Positions 29,551 through 38,214 of a stretch of 64,000 nucleotides of DNA are shown piece after piece (within the stretch, counting starts at the first letter, position 1; each line of letters begins with the position of its first letter). A program made the translations under genes and the position numbers. Source of the stretch: Actinomycetota bacterium (GTDB lineage: Bacteria > Actinomycetota > Thermoleophilia > Miltoncostaeales > Miltoncostaeaceae); the NCBI GenBank assembly GCA_031372145.1, contig JANMKR010000176.1, positions 1,876-65,875 of the forward strand, in the 5' to 3' direction. The notes below the pieces were generated by a model that saw nothing but the letters and a program-made list of their open reading frames with translations, was not told where the DNA came from and did no database searches.

Positions 29551-30948
29551 CTACTCGCCGCCCTCGTCCTTGCGCCCCGTCTCCGGGAGGCGCACCTCGC
29601 TCGCCTGGATCGCTGCGCCGAACCCGCGCGAGGCGAGCTGGCCCCGCAATGCCTCCAGGGCGTCAGGCTCGCCATGCACCAGGCGAAATGATGCATTCGG
29701 ACCGGCTCCCGCTGCCCACTCCAGCAGCTCGGTGCGATCGGCGTGGGCCGACAGGCCACCGATCGTCACGACCCGGGCCTTGAGCTGAACGGCCTGGCCC
29801 ATGATCTTGACCTCGGGCCGGCCGTCGACCAGCAACCGTCCCAGACCACCTGTGGGTTGAAAACCGACGATCATGACGGTCGTGTGCGGGTCGTCCAGGT
29901 GCGCCTGCAGGTGATGCAGGATGCGACCGCCGGTCATCATTCCCGAACCGGCGATGATGACCGCCGGCTCATCGGACGCATTGATCTTCTTGGAGTCCTC
30001 GACGGTCTTGGTGTACGTCAATCGTGCCGGCGCGAACGGGTCTTTGCCGGTTGCCGCGATCTGGCGCACGTTGTCGGCCATCTCGTCCATGCACGCCTGA
30101 TACACGTCCTCCACGCGGTCCGCCAGCGGGGAGTCGACGTACACCGGCATGGGTTCGATCTCACCGGCTTCCTCGAGCCGGGCAATGTGGAACAGGACGT
30201 CCTGCGTGCGTTCCAGGGCGAACGAGGGGATCAGGATCTTGCCCTTGCGCCGGTGGGCCTCACGCAACACCTCGGCGAACTCGGCGATCGTCGCGTCGAA
30301 GTCGCGGTGGTCCCGATCGCCATACGTGGACTCGATGAGCACGAGGTCCGCTGCGGGGCACGGCGTCGGATCCGGAAGAATGTCCTTACGGGCATTGCCG
30401 ATGTCACCGCTGAACACGATCCGTGTGCCGCCCGCCTCGACCAGAAAGCTGGCCGAGCCGGGGATGTGCCCGGCAACCTGGGGCGTGACCGGAAGCCCCG
30501 CCACCTGCGTGGTTTGACCGTAGTGGACCTCCCTGAACAGCTCCAACGTCGCGTGGACGTCGTCCTCGTCGAAGAGCGGATCCTCGGGCACCTTGCCGTG
30601 ACGCTTGTCGCGCGCGGCATCTTCGGCCTGAATCTTGGCGCCGTCCAGCAGCAGGTACTCCGCGAGCATCCTGGTGGCGGGCAACGCGTAGATCGGCCCC
30701 GAGTACCCGCGCTTGACGAGCAGCGGCAGACGCGCGGCGTGGTCCATGTGGGCGTGGGTCAACAGCAGCGCGTCGATCGCGCCCACATCGAAGCCGAACG
30801 GCTCGCGGTTGAGATCAGCGAGCGCCGCAGAACCCTGAAACGCGCCGCAGTCGACCAGGAGGTTGACCGTCCCCGTGTCGAGCAGATGACACGACCCGGT
30901 GACCGTCATCGCCGCGCCGTACGACCGTACCTGTGGTCCGCTATTCAT
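29551..30948 (-). CDS. MBL-fold beta-CASP ribonuclease (RNase J/CPSF-like family)
   Basis: 465 aa with LLLTHAHMDHAARLP (HxHxDH) and downstream beta-CASP and RNA-specificity-domain-like sequence. Confidence 0.75.
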   Translation of the reverse strand: MNSGPQVRSYGAAMTVTGSCHLLDTGTVNLLVDCGAFQGSAALADLNREPFGFDVGAIDALLLTHAHMDHAARLPLLVKRGYSGPIYALPATRMLAEYLLLDGAKIQAEDAARDKRHGKVPEDPLFDEDDVHATLELFREVHYGQTTQVAGLPVTPQVAGHIPGSASFLVEAGGTRIVFSGDIGNARKDILPDPTPCPAADLVLIESTYGDRDHRDFDATIAEFAEVLREAHRRKGKILIPSFALERTQDVLFHIARLEEAGEIEPMPVYVDSPLADRVEDVYQACMDEMADNVRQIAATGKDPFAPARLTYTKTVEDSKKINASDEPAVIIAGSGMMTGGRILHHLQAHLDDPHTTVMIVGFQPTGGLGRLLVDGRPEVKIMGQAVQLKARVVTIGGLSAHADRTELLEWAAGAGPNASFRLVHGEPDALEALRGQLASRGFGAAIQASEVRLPETGRKDEGGE

Positions 30949-31192
30949 TCGTATCCTCGTTTCGCTCGTTCTCGAGCCGACGTGCCCGCTCGGCGCGACT
31001 CGCCACCACGAGGAGCGCGGTCAAGATCGCCCCCCAGAACACCGCGTACGCGATCGCCCGCCCCAGCGGTTGATTGAACGGCCCCAGGTGGAGCAGCAGC
31101 ATCGCGACAAACGCCACCGGGAATCCGATCGACCCTTGTTTGCGGGCCGAGAGCGCCTCCCAACGTCGTACGAGTGGCGTGGGCTCCGCCAC
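30941..31192 (-). CDS. Small two-TM membrane protein (83 aa), hypothetical
   Basis: GTG 31192 shares one base with the apt stop (TAGTG). Its own stop overlaps the beta-CASP start by 8 nt. Hydrophobic segments are FPVAFVAMLLLHL and AIAYAVFWGAILTALLVVA. Confidence 0.4.
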   Translation of the reverse strand: MAEPTPLVRRWEALSARKQGSIGFPVAFVAMLLLHLGPFNQPLGRAIAYAVFWGAILTALLVVASRAERARRLENERNEDTNE

Positions 31193-31731
31193 TATCCGGG
31201 CACGGCCTCGGAGTCGTACTGCACGAGTGACATGACGTCGCGCCCCACCAGGCGCTCGCGCCCAGGAAGGAACGTCAGCTCGACCACGAATGCCACGCCT
31301 GCGACGATTCCACCGAGACGTTCGACCATGTCGCATTTGGCCTGTGCCGTGCCGCCGGTCGCCAGCAGGTCATCGTGGACCAGCACGCGCATGCCGGGCT
31401 CGATGGCGTCCTCGTGGATTTCGAGTGCGTCGGTGCCGTACTCCAGATCGTAGTCCTGACGCACCGTCTTCCAGGGTAGCTTGCCGGGCTTGCGAGCAGC
31501 TGCGAACCCCACACCCAGTGCGTGCGCGACGGCTCCACCGATGATGAATCCACGGGCCTCGGCGCCCAGCACGACGTCCACCCGACGCGGCCGGGCCCAG
31601 TCGGCGATGCCGTCGATGCACGCGGCGAGTCCGGCCGGACTCGCGAACAGCGGCATCAGGTCGTAAAACAGGATCCCAGGTTTGGGATGGTCGGGGATCT
31701 TTCGAATCGCAGCGTCAAGATCGAAGGCCAC
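31192..31731 (-). CDS. apt: Adenine phosphoribosyltransferase
   Basis: 179 aa with the PRPP-binding loop VLVHDDLLATGGTA and typical Apt sequence. Confidence 0.9.
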   Translation of the reverse strand: MAFDLDAAIRKIPDHPKPGILFYDLMPLFASPAGLAACIDGIADWARPRRVDVVLGAEARGFIIGGAVAHALGVGFAAARKPGKLPWKTVRQDYDLEYGTDALEIHEDAIEPGMRVLVHDDLLATGGTAQAKCDMVERLGGIVAGVAFVVELTFLPGRERLVGRDVMSLVQYDSEAVPG

Positions 31732-31765
31732 TGGCAGCCGTCTCCCAGTCGTCGAATTGGTCAGG

Positions 31766-32482
31766 TCAGGTCGAGATGATCTTGCGAAGCTCGGAGACGA
31801 GCATCAGGTGCCGCATGTGGGACGCGAGCGCAGCAAGGTTCTCGAGTTCTTGAAGCGCCTCGTGGCGGCGCTCGGGGTTCTTGGAGCGCAACCCGGCGGC
31901 CAGCACCTGTTCGAGCAGACCGGCTTCGCGCTCGGCGGCGACGCGGAACAACCGCAGGTGACGGGGCTCGACGCCGAACGCCGCCAGCTCCAGTGCGGTC
32001 TGCACCGTCTCGCGATCCGTATCGGTGTAGCTGTCTGACTCGCCCTCCCCGATCAGTCCGAACTGCTGGAGCGCTTGGATGAGCGAGCGGGGAGCACCCG
32101 TCGATTCGACCAGATCATCGGCGGTCACGCGCAGTGTCGGCGCCGGTTCGGTCAAGTTCGCGCGCTTGAGTTGACGCGCCTGGTTGGCGACGCTGAAGCT
32201 GCCGGTGGCCGATGTCTCGAGCTCCTGACGGATCACCCGCAACGGCAGGAACTCGTCGCGCTGCAATCGCAGGATCGTGCGTAGCCGCTCGACGTCGCGT
32301 TGCGAGTACTTGCGATACCCACCCGGGCTTCGCTGCGGAGTGACCAACCGCTGATCCTCGAGGAATCGGATCTTCGAGATCGAGACCGACGGAAACTCGG
32401 CCTTGAGTTCCTCGCAGACGCGCCCGATCGTGAGGGCCTTCTCCCCCGGGTCCTGCACCGTTGCCGTTGCCACGTCGCTCAT
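31766..32482 (-). CDS. MerR-family transcriptional regulator (FtsR/Rv1828-like context)
   Basis: The MerR HTH is LTIGRVCEELKAEFPSVSISKIRFLEDQRLVTPQRSPGGYRKYSQRDVERL. It sits immediately downstream of the FHA gene, as in the corynebacterial odhI-ftsR and mycobacterial garA-Rv1828 arrangements. Confidence 0.75.
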   Translation of the reverse strand: MSDVATATVQDPGEKALTIGRVCEELKAEFPSVSISKIRFLEDQRLVTPQRSPGGYRKYSQRDVERLRTILRLQRDEFLPLRVIRQELETSATGSFSVANQARQLKRANLTEPAPTLRVTADDLVESTGAPRSLIQALQQFGLIGEGESDSYTDTDRETVQTALELAAFGVEPRHLRLFRVAAEREAGLLEQVLAAGLRSKNPERRHEALQELENLAALASHMRHLMLVSELRKIIST

Positions 32483-32937
32483 GCGATGTACGCGAGTCGG
32501 AACTTGCCAATCTGTAGCTCGTCGCCGTCGCTCAACGTCTCCGGTTCGTCGATCCGCCGACGATTGACGTAGGTCCCGTTGAGGCTCGCGAGGTCCTGCA
32601 GCGAAGCCCCGTCGTCGCCCAGCATGATGACCGCGTGGTTGCGTGACACCGTCACGTCGTCCAGGAAGATGTCGCTGCCGGAGTCGCGTCCGATCGTGAC
32701 ACGTTCGCCGGTGAGCCGGAAGATCTCGCCGGACAGGCCACCACCCGCCCGTACCGCCAGCGCCGGGCCCTCGATGACGTGACCGGCGAGCCCGCTCAGA
32801 TCGTGCTCACCGTCCCCGATCGAGAATGGTCCCGTGGTCTCAATCGTGCCGCCCTCGAGATGCAGCAACGCGCCGCAACGCTCACAGTAGTTGTGTGCCT
32901 CGCTTTGGTGGAAGCCGCACTCCGGGCAGTACATCAC
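32479..32937 (-). CDS. FHA-domain protein (GarA/OdhI-like) with an N-terminal zinc ribbon
   Basis: The zinc ribbon is CPECG...CERCG. An IETTGPF motif resembles the GarA/OdhI ETTS phospho-site. The FHA core is VTIGRDSGSDIFLDDVTVSRNHAVI...SLNGTYVN. Confidence 0.8.
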   Translation of the reverse strand: MMYCPECGFHQSEAHNYCERCGALLHLEGGTIETTGPFSIGDGEHDLSGLAGHVIEGPALAVRAGGGLSGEIFRLTGERVTIGRDSGSDIFLDDVTVSRNHAVIMLGDDGASLQDLASLNGTYVNRRRIDEPETLSDGDELQIGKFRLAYIA

Positions 32938-33206
32938 GCGTCCCTGTCCGGTCCGTCGAGAATGCGGTTGAGCTCCTCGACATCCAGCATGCTGAGCTCG
33001 CTCGGGCTCATCTCGGTCAGGCGGCGCATCAGCTCCGCGCGGGCAAGTTCGATCTGCCCATGCAGGTATCGCCGCTGAAACGAGATCTCACGCTCGCGTC
33101 GCGTCAGACGGTGAATCTCGGTCTTGAGGTCCCCGTCGGTCAGCGCCGTCAGGTCAGGTGCCGGGACCGGCGGCTGCGCGTTTCCTTGATTTTCCAGGGC
33201 GTCCAT
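32934..33206 (-). CDS. Small coiled-coil protein (90 aa), hypothetical
   Basis: Starts at ATG 33206 (MDALENQGNAQ...). It contains the heptad-like helix DLKTEIHRLTRREREISFQRRYLHGQIELARAELMRRL. Its stop overlaps the FHA start. Confidence 0.4.
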   Translation of the reverse strand: MDALENQGNAQPPVPAPDLTALTDGDLKTEIHRLTRREREISFQRRYLHGQIELARAELMRRLTEMSPSELSMLDVEELNRILDGPDRDA

Positions 33207-33240
33207 TCGCGCAGAGCATACCCGAAACGGCATCCGAACC

Positions 33241-33798
33241 TCATGTGGAGCCTGAGCTTTGCAACTTCCGCGCCGTGCTCCACGCGTAGTTGGCGAACGT
33301 TGCGATCGACACGGCAACCGCGATCCAGAAGTAGACATCGATCGCCCGGTTGTCGATCAGGAGTGCCAGACCGACGGCGAACATCGCCATGCCCGAGCTG
33401 ATCTTGCCCGCGATGTCGACGCGGAGCGTCACGCCCCGCCGCGCGAGAACGACGAACGCGATCACTGCGATGACGTCCCTGGCCAGGATGATCGTCGGCC
33501 CGGGCCAGGAGTACCGGCCGATCGTGATCAACCCGACCAGGCCGACCGCCATCAGCATGCGATCGGCGAACGGATCGGCGATCGCTCCGAACTTGGACTC
33601 GGCTCCGAGGCGACGGGCAAGTTGCCCGTCGATGAAGTCCGTGGCGCCGATTGCGCCGAAGAACCACGCCGCCCGGGCGGATGTCGGACCGGGATCGACG
33701 GCGAGAAACCACGCCAGAACCGGCAGCGCCGCGAGTCGCAGGCTCGTGATGGCGTTGGGCAGCCATCGGAGGCGTGTCGTCCTGGGGTGTCCCTCCAC
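33241..33798 (-). CDS. pgsA: CDP-alcohol phosphatidyltransferase (PgsA-type)
   Basis: Carries the motif GATDFIDGQLARRLGAESKFGAIADPFADR (DGx2ARx8Gx3Dx3D). GTG 33798 is the furthest possible start because the tRNA occupies 33804-33877. Confidence 0.8.
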   Translation of the reverse strand: MEGHPRTTRLRWLPNAITSLRLAALPVLAWFLAVDPGPTSARAAWFFGAIGATDFIDGQLARRLGAESKFGAIADPFADRMLMAVGLVGLITIGRYSWPGPTIILARDVIAVIAFVVLARRGVTLRVDIAGKISSGMAMFAVGLALLIDNRAIDVYFWIAVAVSIATFANYAWSTARKLQSSGST

Positions 33799-33801
33799 GT
33801 G

Positions 33802-33877
<76 letters not shown>

Positions 33878-33963
33878 CGACGGCTCGTACGGTACCACGA
33901 CGGGCAGGGCAGCGCACTCACGACGGTACGTGGGCAGCTCCTGCCCGACCGAGCAAAGCGTCG

Positions 33964-34011
33964 CGAAATGGTCATTTGGCCGTCGCTGCCACGGCCACTT
34001 GTGTCGTCAAC
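33964..34011 (+). repeat. Direct repeat unit 1 of a conserved 47-48 nt hairpin motif
   Basis: Sequence CGAAATGGTCATTTGGCCGTCGCTGCCACGGCCACTTGTGTCGTCAAC. The internal inverted repeat TGGCCG/CGGCCA is conserved between units while the loop varies. Confidence 0.7.
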
Positions 34012-34114
34012 CGGCACAGAGTTGTGACACATCCGGCACATGTTGACGACGACGAGGCATCGTCGGCACGCCGCGCACCAGACGACCACCTGACTCGCCC
34101 GCCGGACGGCTCCA

Positions 34115-34161
34115 CGAAACGGTCATTTGGCCGCAACCGCGACGGCCACTTGTGTCTTAAC
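34115..34161 (+). repeat. Direct repeat unit 2 of the same motif
   Basis: Sequence CGAAACGGTCATTTGGCCGCAACCGCGACGGCCACTTGTGTCTTAAC. It is identical to unit 1 outside the hairpin loop except for 3 substitutions, and starts 151 nt after unit 1. Confidence 0.7.
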
Positions 34162-34306
34162 ACGCACACGTCGGTCGAACGGAGTTGCGGCGCCGACGTC
34201 AAGGGCTGCGTTGGACGCAACCGGCCTGGCGCGGGGTCAGCTCGGTCGACGGGCGAAGCGCCATCGCGTAGCCTTCGCCCGAGGCAACGGTCATCGGGAG
34301 CATTTC

Positions 34307-34783
34307 ATGGGTAAGGTCGTCTACCGCAGTACGGTCACGATCGAGCGGGAGCAACCGCCGCTTCGCCGTGCACATATCGACGTCACGGGAGAGTCGGTGC
34401 TCTTCGGCGTTCCCGGAGATGTCGGCGCGCATTACGGGTTCGCAGGCGATCACCCCGCGACCCAACACGCCGGCACGATCGATTACATCATCGCGGCGGC
34501 CGGCGGTTGACTGACCGGAACCTTCGGAGGCGCGCTGGCAGCGCGTCAAATCAATTCAAGCGGTGATCGACTCGTCGGAATCGCCGAGGGCGAGGTCGAA
34601 GAAGAGGACAAGGTCCTGATCCTCAAGCGCATCCACGTGACCTACCACCTGAAGCTCGAGGACCCCGACAAGCGTGCAGCCGCCGAGCGCGTCCTGGGCG
34701 CCCACGCCAAGTTCTGCCCGGTGGCCCGGTCGCTGATGCCCGCCATCGACATCACCACGTCGCTGGAGATCGAGCCGGTCTAG
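34307..34783 (+). CDS. OsmC/Ohr-family peroxiredoxin-like protein with an in-frame TGA (34508-34510) at the conserved first Cys: candidate selenoprotein or nonsense pseudogene
   Basis: ATG 34307 has GGGAG 6 nt upstream. The ORF track stops at ...DYIIAAAGG*. The same frame then continues stop-free to TAG 34781-34783 as LTGTFGGALAARQI...RIHVTYHLKL...AHAKFCPVARSL..., which completes an OsmC fold of 158 codons. Confidence 0.7.
34529..34547 (+). promoter_or_regulatory. SECIS-like hairpin downstream of the in-frame TGA
   Basis: GGCGCGC (34529-34535) pairs with GCGCGTC (34541-34547) as 7 bp including one G-U, closing the loop TGGCA. The stem starts 18 nt after the TGA. Confidence 0.35.
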
Positions 34784-34826
34784 CTCATAGGCGGTCCCAT
34801 GTCCGATCAGACCCGGCCGCGCAGCG

Positions 34827-35249
34827 TTAGCTTCCTTCCGCGGCCAGCTCCAGCTTGTTCTTGAGGTCCACCCAACCTGCGCCGGTGTCGGGGAACCGTT
34901 TGATGCAGTCGCCGATCTGGGTTGCCTGCCGTTTGGCGACCTCGCCGACGGTTGACGGGGACTGCCCCGAGGCACCCGGTACCTTGGCCTTGGGATTGCG
35001 CTTGGCCTCGCCGGCGATGGTCTCGACGGCGTCACGCACATTGCCTGGTGCCGTCTGGCCGACCTTCTTGCAATCGCCTCCCGTGGCGCTGTCAAGCACA
35101 CCGAGCGTTGCGCGAGCGGTGTCGAGCTTCTGCTGGACGTCATTCGTGAGGTGCTCCACATCGTCCTTCCATGGGGCCGTCCAGACCACACCGAACGTCC
35201 CGGCCACCAGAACCGCGATGACGAGCCACTTGATCAGAGCGCGTCCCAC
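34827..35249 (-). CDS. Hypothetical membrane-anchored/secreted protein (140 aa)
   Basis: N-terminal anchor [23 protein letters not shown] and two Cys residues. Its start overlaps the proS stop by 16 nt. I recognise no domain. Confidence 0.45.
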   Translation of the reverse strand: MGRALIKWLVIAVLVAGTFGVVWTAPWKDDVEHLTNDVQQKLDTARATLGVLDSATGGDCKKVGQTAPGNVRDAVETIAGEAKRNPKAKVPGASGQSPSTVGEVAKRQATQIGDCIKRFPDTGAGWVDLKNKLELAAEGS

Positions 35250-36982
35250 AGTTTGCGGATGGCTGCTGCCGCCCCTGTGATCGGGACCTCGCGTTTCTCA
35301 CGGCCACGACGGATCTGCACCTCAAGCGGCCCGTCGGGCAGGGTGCGCTTGCCCACCGTCACACGCACGGGACATCCCAAGAGCTCCGCTTCGATGAACT
35401 TCTGCCCCGGCGACAAGCCGGCACGGTCGTCGTAGAGCACGTCCAGACCACCGTCGGTCAACTCCTCGTAGAGCCGGTCGGCAAACTCGACAGGCGGGGT
35501 TCCGGGCTCGCCGATCAGGACCAGGTGCACGTCGAACGGCGCAATCGACTTGGGCCACACGATCCCGAACTCGTCGTTGCCGTGTTCGATGGCGCCGGCT
35601 GCGATACGGGCCGGGCCGATCCCGTACGAGCCCATCACGATCAACTGCTCCTTGCCGTCACCGTCCAGATACGTGGCGCCGAGCGGCTCCGAGTACCTGG
35701 TGCCGAGCTTGAAGATGTTGCCGATCTCGATGACCGGTTCGAGCTCGAGCGGCACACCCGAGACCGGGCACCCCTCCCCTGCCATGGCCTCACGGATGTC
35801 GGCGGTCTCGGCCTGGAAGTCGCGACCCAGCATCACACCGCGCAGATGGACACCGGTGCGGTTGGCGCCGGTGACGTAGTGCCCGCGGATGATCGACTCG
35901 TCGGCGACGATGCGGACCTGGTCCGCCACGCCAACGGGGCCGAGCGAGCCGGGGTCGGCGCCGAACCACTGGACGATCTCCTCGGGGTGCGCAGCGCGGT
36001 AGGTCCCGACGAGGTTGGTCAGTTTGACAGTGGAGACCTGGTGCTCACCGCGGACGATGGCAAGAACGGGTCCCGATTCGGTCACGACCACCACGCTCTT
36101 GGCCAGCACCGCCTCGTCGAGCTTCGCGAATTCGGCCAGCTGCGCGATGGTCTCGATGCCCGGCGTGTCGAACGGCTCGGGCGCGCCGGGGTCGGGGCCG
36201 AACTCCGGCTCACGCGCGACCGAGGTCGCGATCTCGAGGTTGGCGGCATACGCGTCGCTGCGTGCCACGACGTTCTCGCCGACCGCCGATGGCGCCATGA
36301 ATTCGTGAGCGCCGGCGCCGCCCATCATCCCGACGTCGCTCTCGACCATGTACCAGCGCAGACCGCAGCGATCGAAGATGCGCCCATAGGCGTCGCGGTG
36401 GGCCTCGTAGCTTCGGTTGAGCCCGGCGTCGTCGCGATCGAACGAATACGAGTCCTTCATGATGAACTCGCGCACGCGCAGCATGCCGCTCTTGGGGCGC
36501 GGCTCGTCGCGCATCTTGGTCTGCAAGTGGTACCAGCTCTGCGGCAGGTCGCGGTACGACCGGATCTCGCGGGCGGCATGCCACGTGACGATCTCCTCGT
36601 GGGTCATCGCCAGCACCATCTTGCGACCGGTGCGATCCTCGAGTCGAAATTGCTCGGACAACCCGTAGCGACCGGTTTGCTCCCAGATCTCGGCCGGATG
36701 CAGCACCGGCATGAAGATCTCCTGGGCGCCGATGCGGTCCATCTCCTCGCGAATGATCGCGTCAACGCGTTTGATGACCCGCAACCCCAGCGGCATGATC
36801 GAGTACAGGCCAGAGGCCAGCTGGCGAACCAGTCCCGCCCGCACCATGAGCTTGTGGCTGATGGCCTCGGCATCCGCGGGCGCATCGCGCAGCGTCGGCC
36901 AGAACCGCCCGGTCAGCCGCCACGATCCACGTCGTGGCGCGGCGGCCATCACCCAGTCGTCGGAAGTCTCGTCGTCGCTCAT
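35234..36982 (-). CDS. proS: Prolyl-tRNA synthetase (bacterial type with editing domain)
   Basis: 582 aa with typical ProRS sequence ([24 protein letters not shown]..., class II motifs). Confidence 0.95.
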   Translation of the reverse strand: MSDDETSDDWVMAAAPRRGSWRLTGRFWPTLRDAPADAEAISHKLMVRAGLVRQLASGLYSIMPLGLRVIKRVDAIIREEMDRIGAQEIFMPVLHPAEIWEQTGRYGLSEQFRLEDRTGRKMVLAMTHEEIVTWHAAREIRSYRDLPQSWYHLQTKMRDEPRPKSGMLRVREFIMKDSYSFDRDDAGLNRSYEAHRDAYGRIFDRCGLRWYMVESDVGMMGGAGAHEFMAPSAVGENVVARSDAYAANLEIATSVAREPEFGPDPGAPEPFDTPGIETIAQLAEFAKLDEAVLAKSVVVVTESGPVLAIVRGEHQVSTVKLTNLVGTYRAAHPEEIVQWFGADPGSLGPVGVADQVRIVADESIIRGHYVTGANRTGVHLRGVMLGRDFQAETADIREAMAGEGCPVSGVPLELEPVIEIGNIFKLGTRYSEPLGATYLDGDGKEQLIVMGSYGIGPARIAAGAIEHGNDEFGIVWPKSIAPFDVHLVLIGEPGTPPVEFADRLYEELTDGGLDVLYDDRAGLSPGQKFIEAELLGCPVRVTVGKRTLPDGPLEVQIRRGREKREVPITGAAAAIRKLWDAL

Positions 36983-38214
36983 CGGCCGGGCACGCTAGCA
37001 CCCGCTCCCGGAGCAAACGTGCGCTCGACGTACTGCTCGACCATCACCAGGAAGTCCTCGGCCAGGGTCGGCCCATCCAGCGTCGTGACCTTCTTGCCGT
37101 CCACGTAGACGGGCGCGCGGGGTTCCTCTCCTGTCCCGGGCAGGCTGATGCCGATGTCGGCGGCGCGACTCTCTCCCGGCCCGTTGACGATGCAACCCAT
37201 GACCGCCACCTTGAGCGTCGCCGCTCCGGGACGCTCCTGCCGCCATACCGCCATGCGCTCCTCGAGGCGCGCCTCGATGCGCTGGGCAAGCTCCTGGAAC
37301 ACGGTGCTGGTCGTGCGGCCGCAACCCGGGCACGCGGTGACCTCGGGGCGGAACGAACGCAGACCCAGACTCTGCAGGAGATCCAGGCACACACGGACCT
37401 CGAGGGTGCGGTCGCCCCCCGGCTCGGGGGTAAGTGACGCGCGGATCGTGTCGCCGATGCCGTCCTGCAGCAAGATCCCGAGAGCCGCACTGGTCGCAAC
37501 GATGCCCTTGCTCGACATTCCGGCCTCGGTCAGCCCGAGGTGCAACGGGTAGTCGCAGACTGCGGCAAGGTCGCGGTAGACGGCCACCATGTCCTGGAGC
37601 CGGCTCGCCTTGCACGAAAGGACGATCGCGTCGTGGGCGAGCCCGAGCTCCTCGGCCGCCTCGGCCGAGGAACGGGCGCTGGCAACCATGGCGCGGCGCA
37701 CGACCACCTCTGCCCCTTCGGGTTCGGACAACGCGGCATTGGCGTCCATCAGGCCATCGACCAGCTCGGGGTCGAGCGAACCGGCGTTGACTCCGATGCG
37801 CACAGGTTTGCCGTACTCGATCGCGGTGTGGACGATCGCGGCGAAGTTGGCGTCGTGCCGCGCGCCGCGCCCGACGTTGCCCGGGTTGATACGGTACTTG
37901 TCCAGCGCCGCCGCCGCCTGAGGGAACTCGCGCAACAGGGTGTGGCCGTTGTAGTGGAAGTCGCCGACGATGGGCACGTCGATGCCGTGCTCATCACGCA
38001 ACCGCGTCCGTACCTCGGCGACCTTCGCCGCGGCGGCCCGGTTGTTGACGGTGATTCGCACGATCTCTGAACCGGCCTCGGCCAGGTCGGCGATCTGTTG
38101 TGCAGTGCCCTCTGCATCCGCGGTGTCGGTGTTGGTCATCGACTGCACGACGACCGGCGCGCCACCACCGACCTGTACGCCGCCGATGACACATCCGACG
38201 CTGACCCGCGTCAT
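36979..38214 (-). CDS. ispG: 4-hydroxy-3-methylbut-2-en-1-yl diphosphate synthase
   Basis: 411 aa with typical GcpE sequence ([12 protein letters not shown]..., ACPGCGRT Fe-S cysteines). It overlaps proS as ATGA. Confidence 0.95.
   Translation of the reverse strand: MTRVSVGCVIGGVQVGGGAPVVVQSMTNTDTADAEGTAQQIADLAEAGSEIVRITVNNRAAAAKVAEVRTRLRDEHGIDVPIVGDFHYNGHTLLREFPQAAAALDKYRINPGNVGRGARHDANFAAIVHTAIEYGKPVRIGVNAGSLDPELVDGLMDANAALSEPEGAEVVVRRAMVASARSSAEAAEELGLAHDAIVLSCKASRLQDMVAVYRDLAAVCDYPLHLGLTEAGMSSKGIVATSAALGILLQDGIGDTIRASLTPEPGGDRTLEVRVCLDLLQSLGLRSFRPEVTACPGCGRTTSTVFQELAQRIEARLEERMAVWRQERPGAATLKVAVMGCIVNGPGESRAADIGISLPGTGEEPRAPVYVDGKKVTTLDGPTLAEDFLVMVEQYVERTFAPGAGASVPGR

Noticed and set aside
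33964-34161. A mini-CRISPR interpretation of the two 47-48 nt direct repeats.
   Set aside because: There are only two units and the spacer of about 100 nt is too long. The repeat interior varies, and no cas genes are present in the window.
33878-34306. A hidden tRNA-Sec (selC) or other tRNA next to the TGA-containing OsmC gene.
   Set aside because: There is no T-loop-like GGTTCGAAT/TTCAAAT box, no UCA anticodon stem-loop and no long-variable-arm cloverleaf in this spacer. The only tRNA is tRNA-Pro at 33804-33877.
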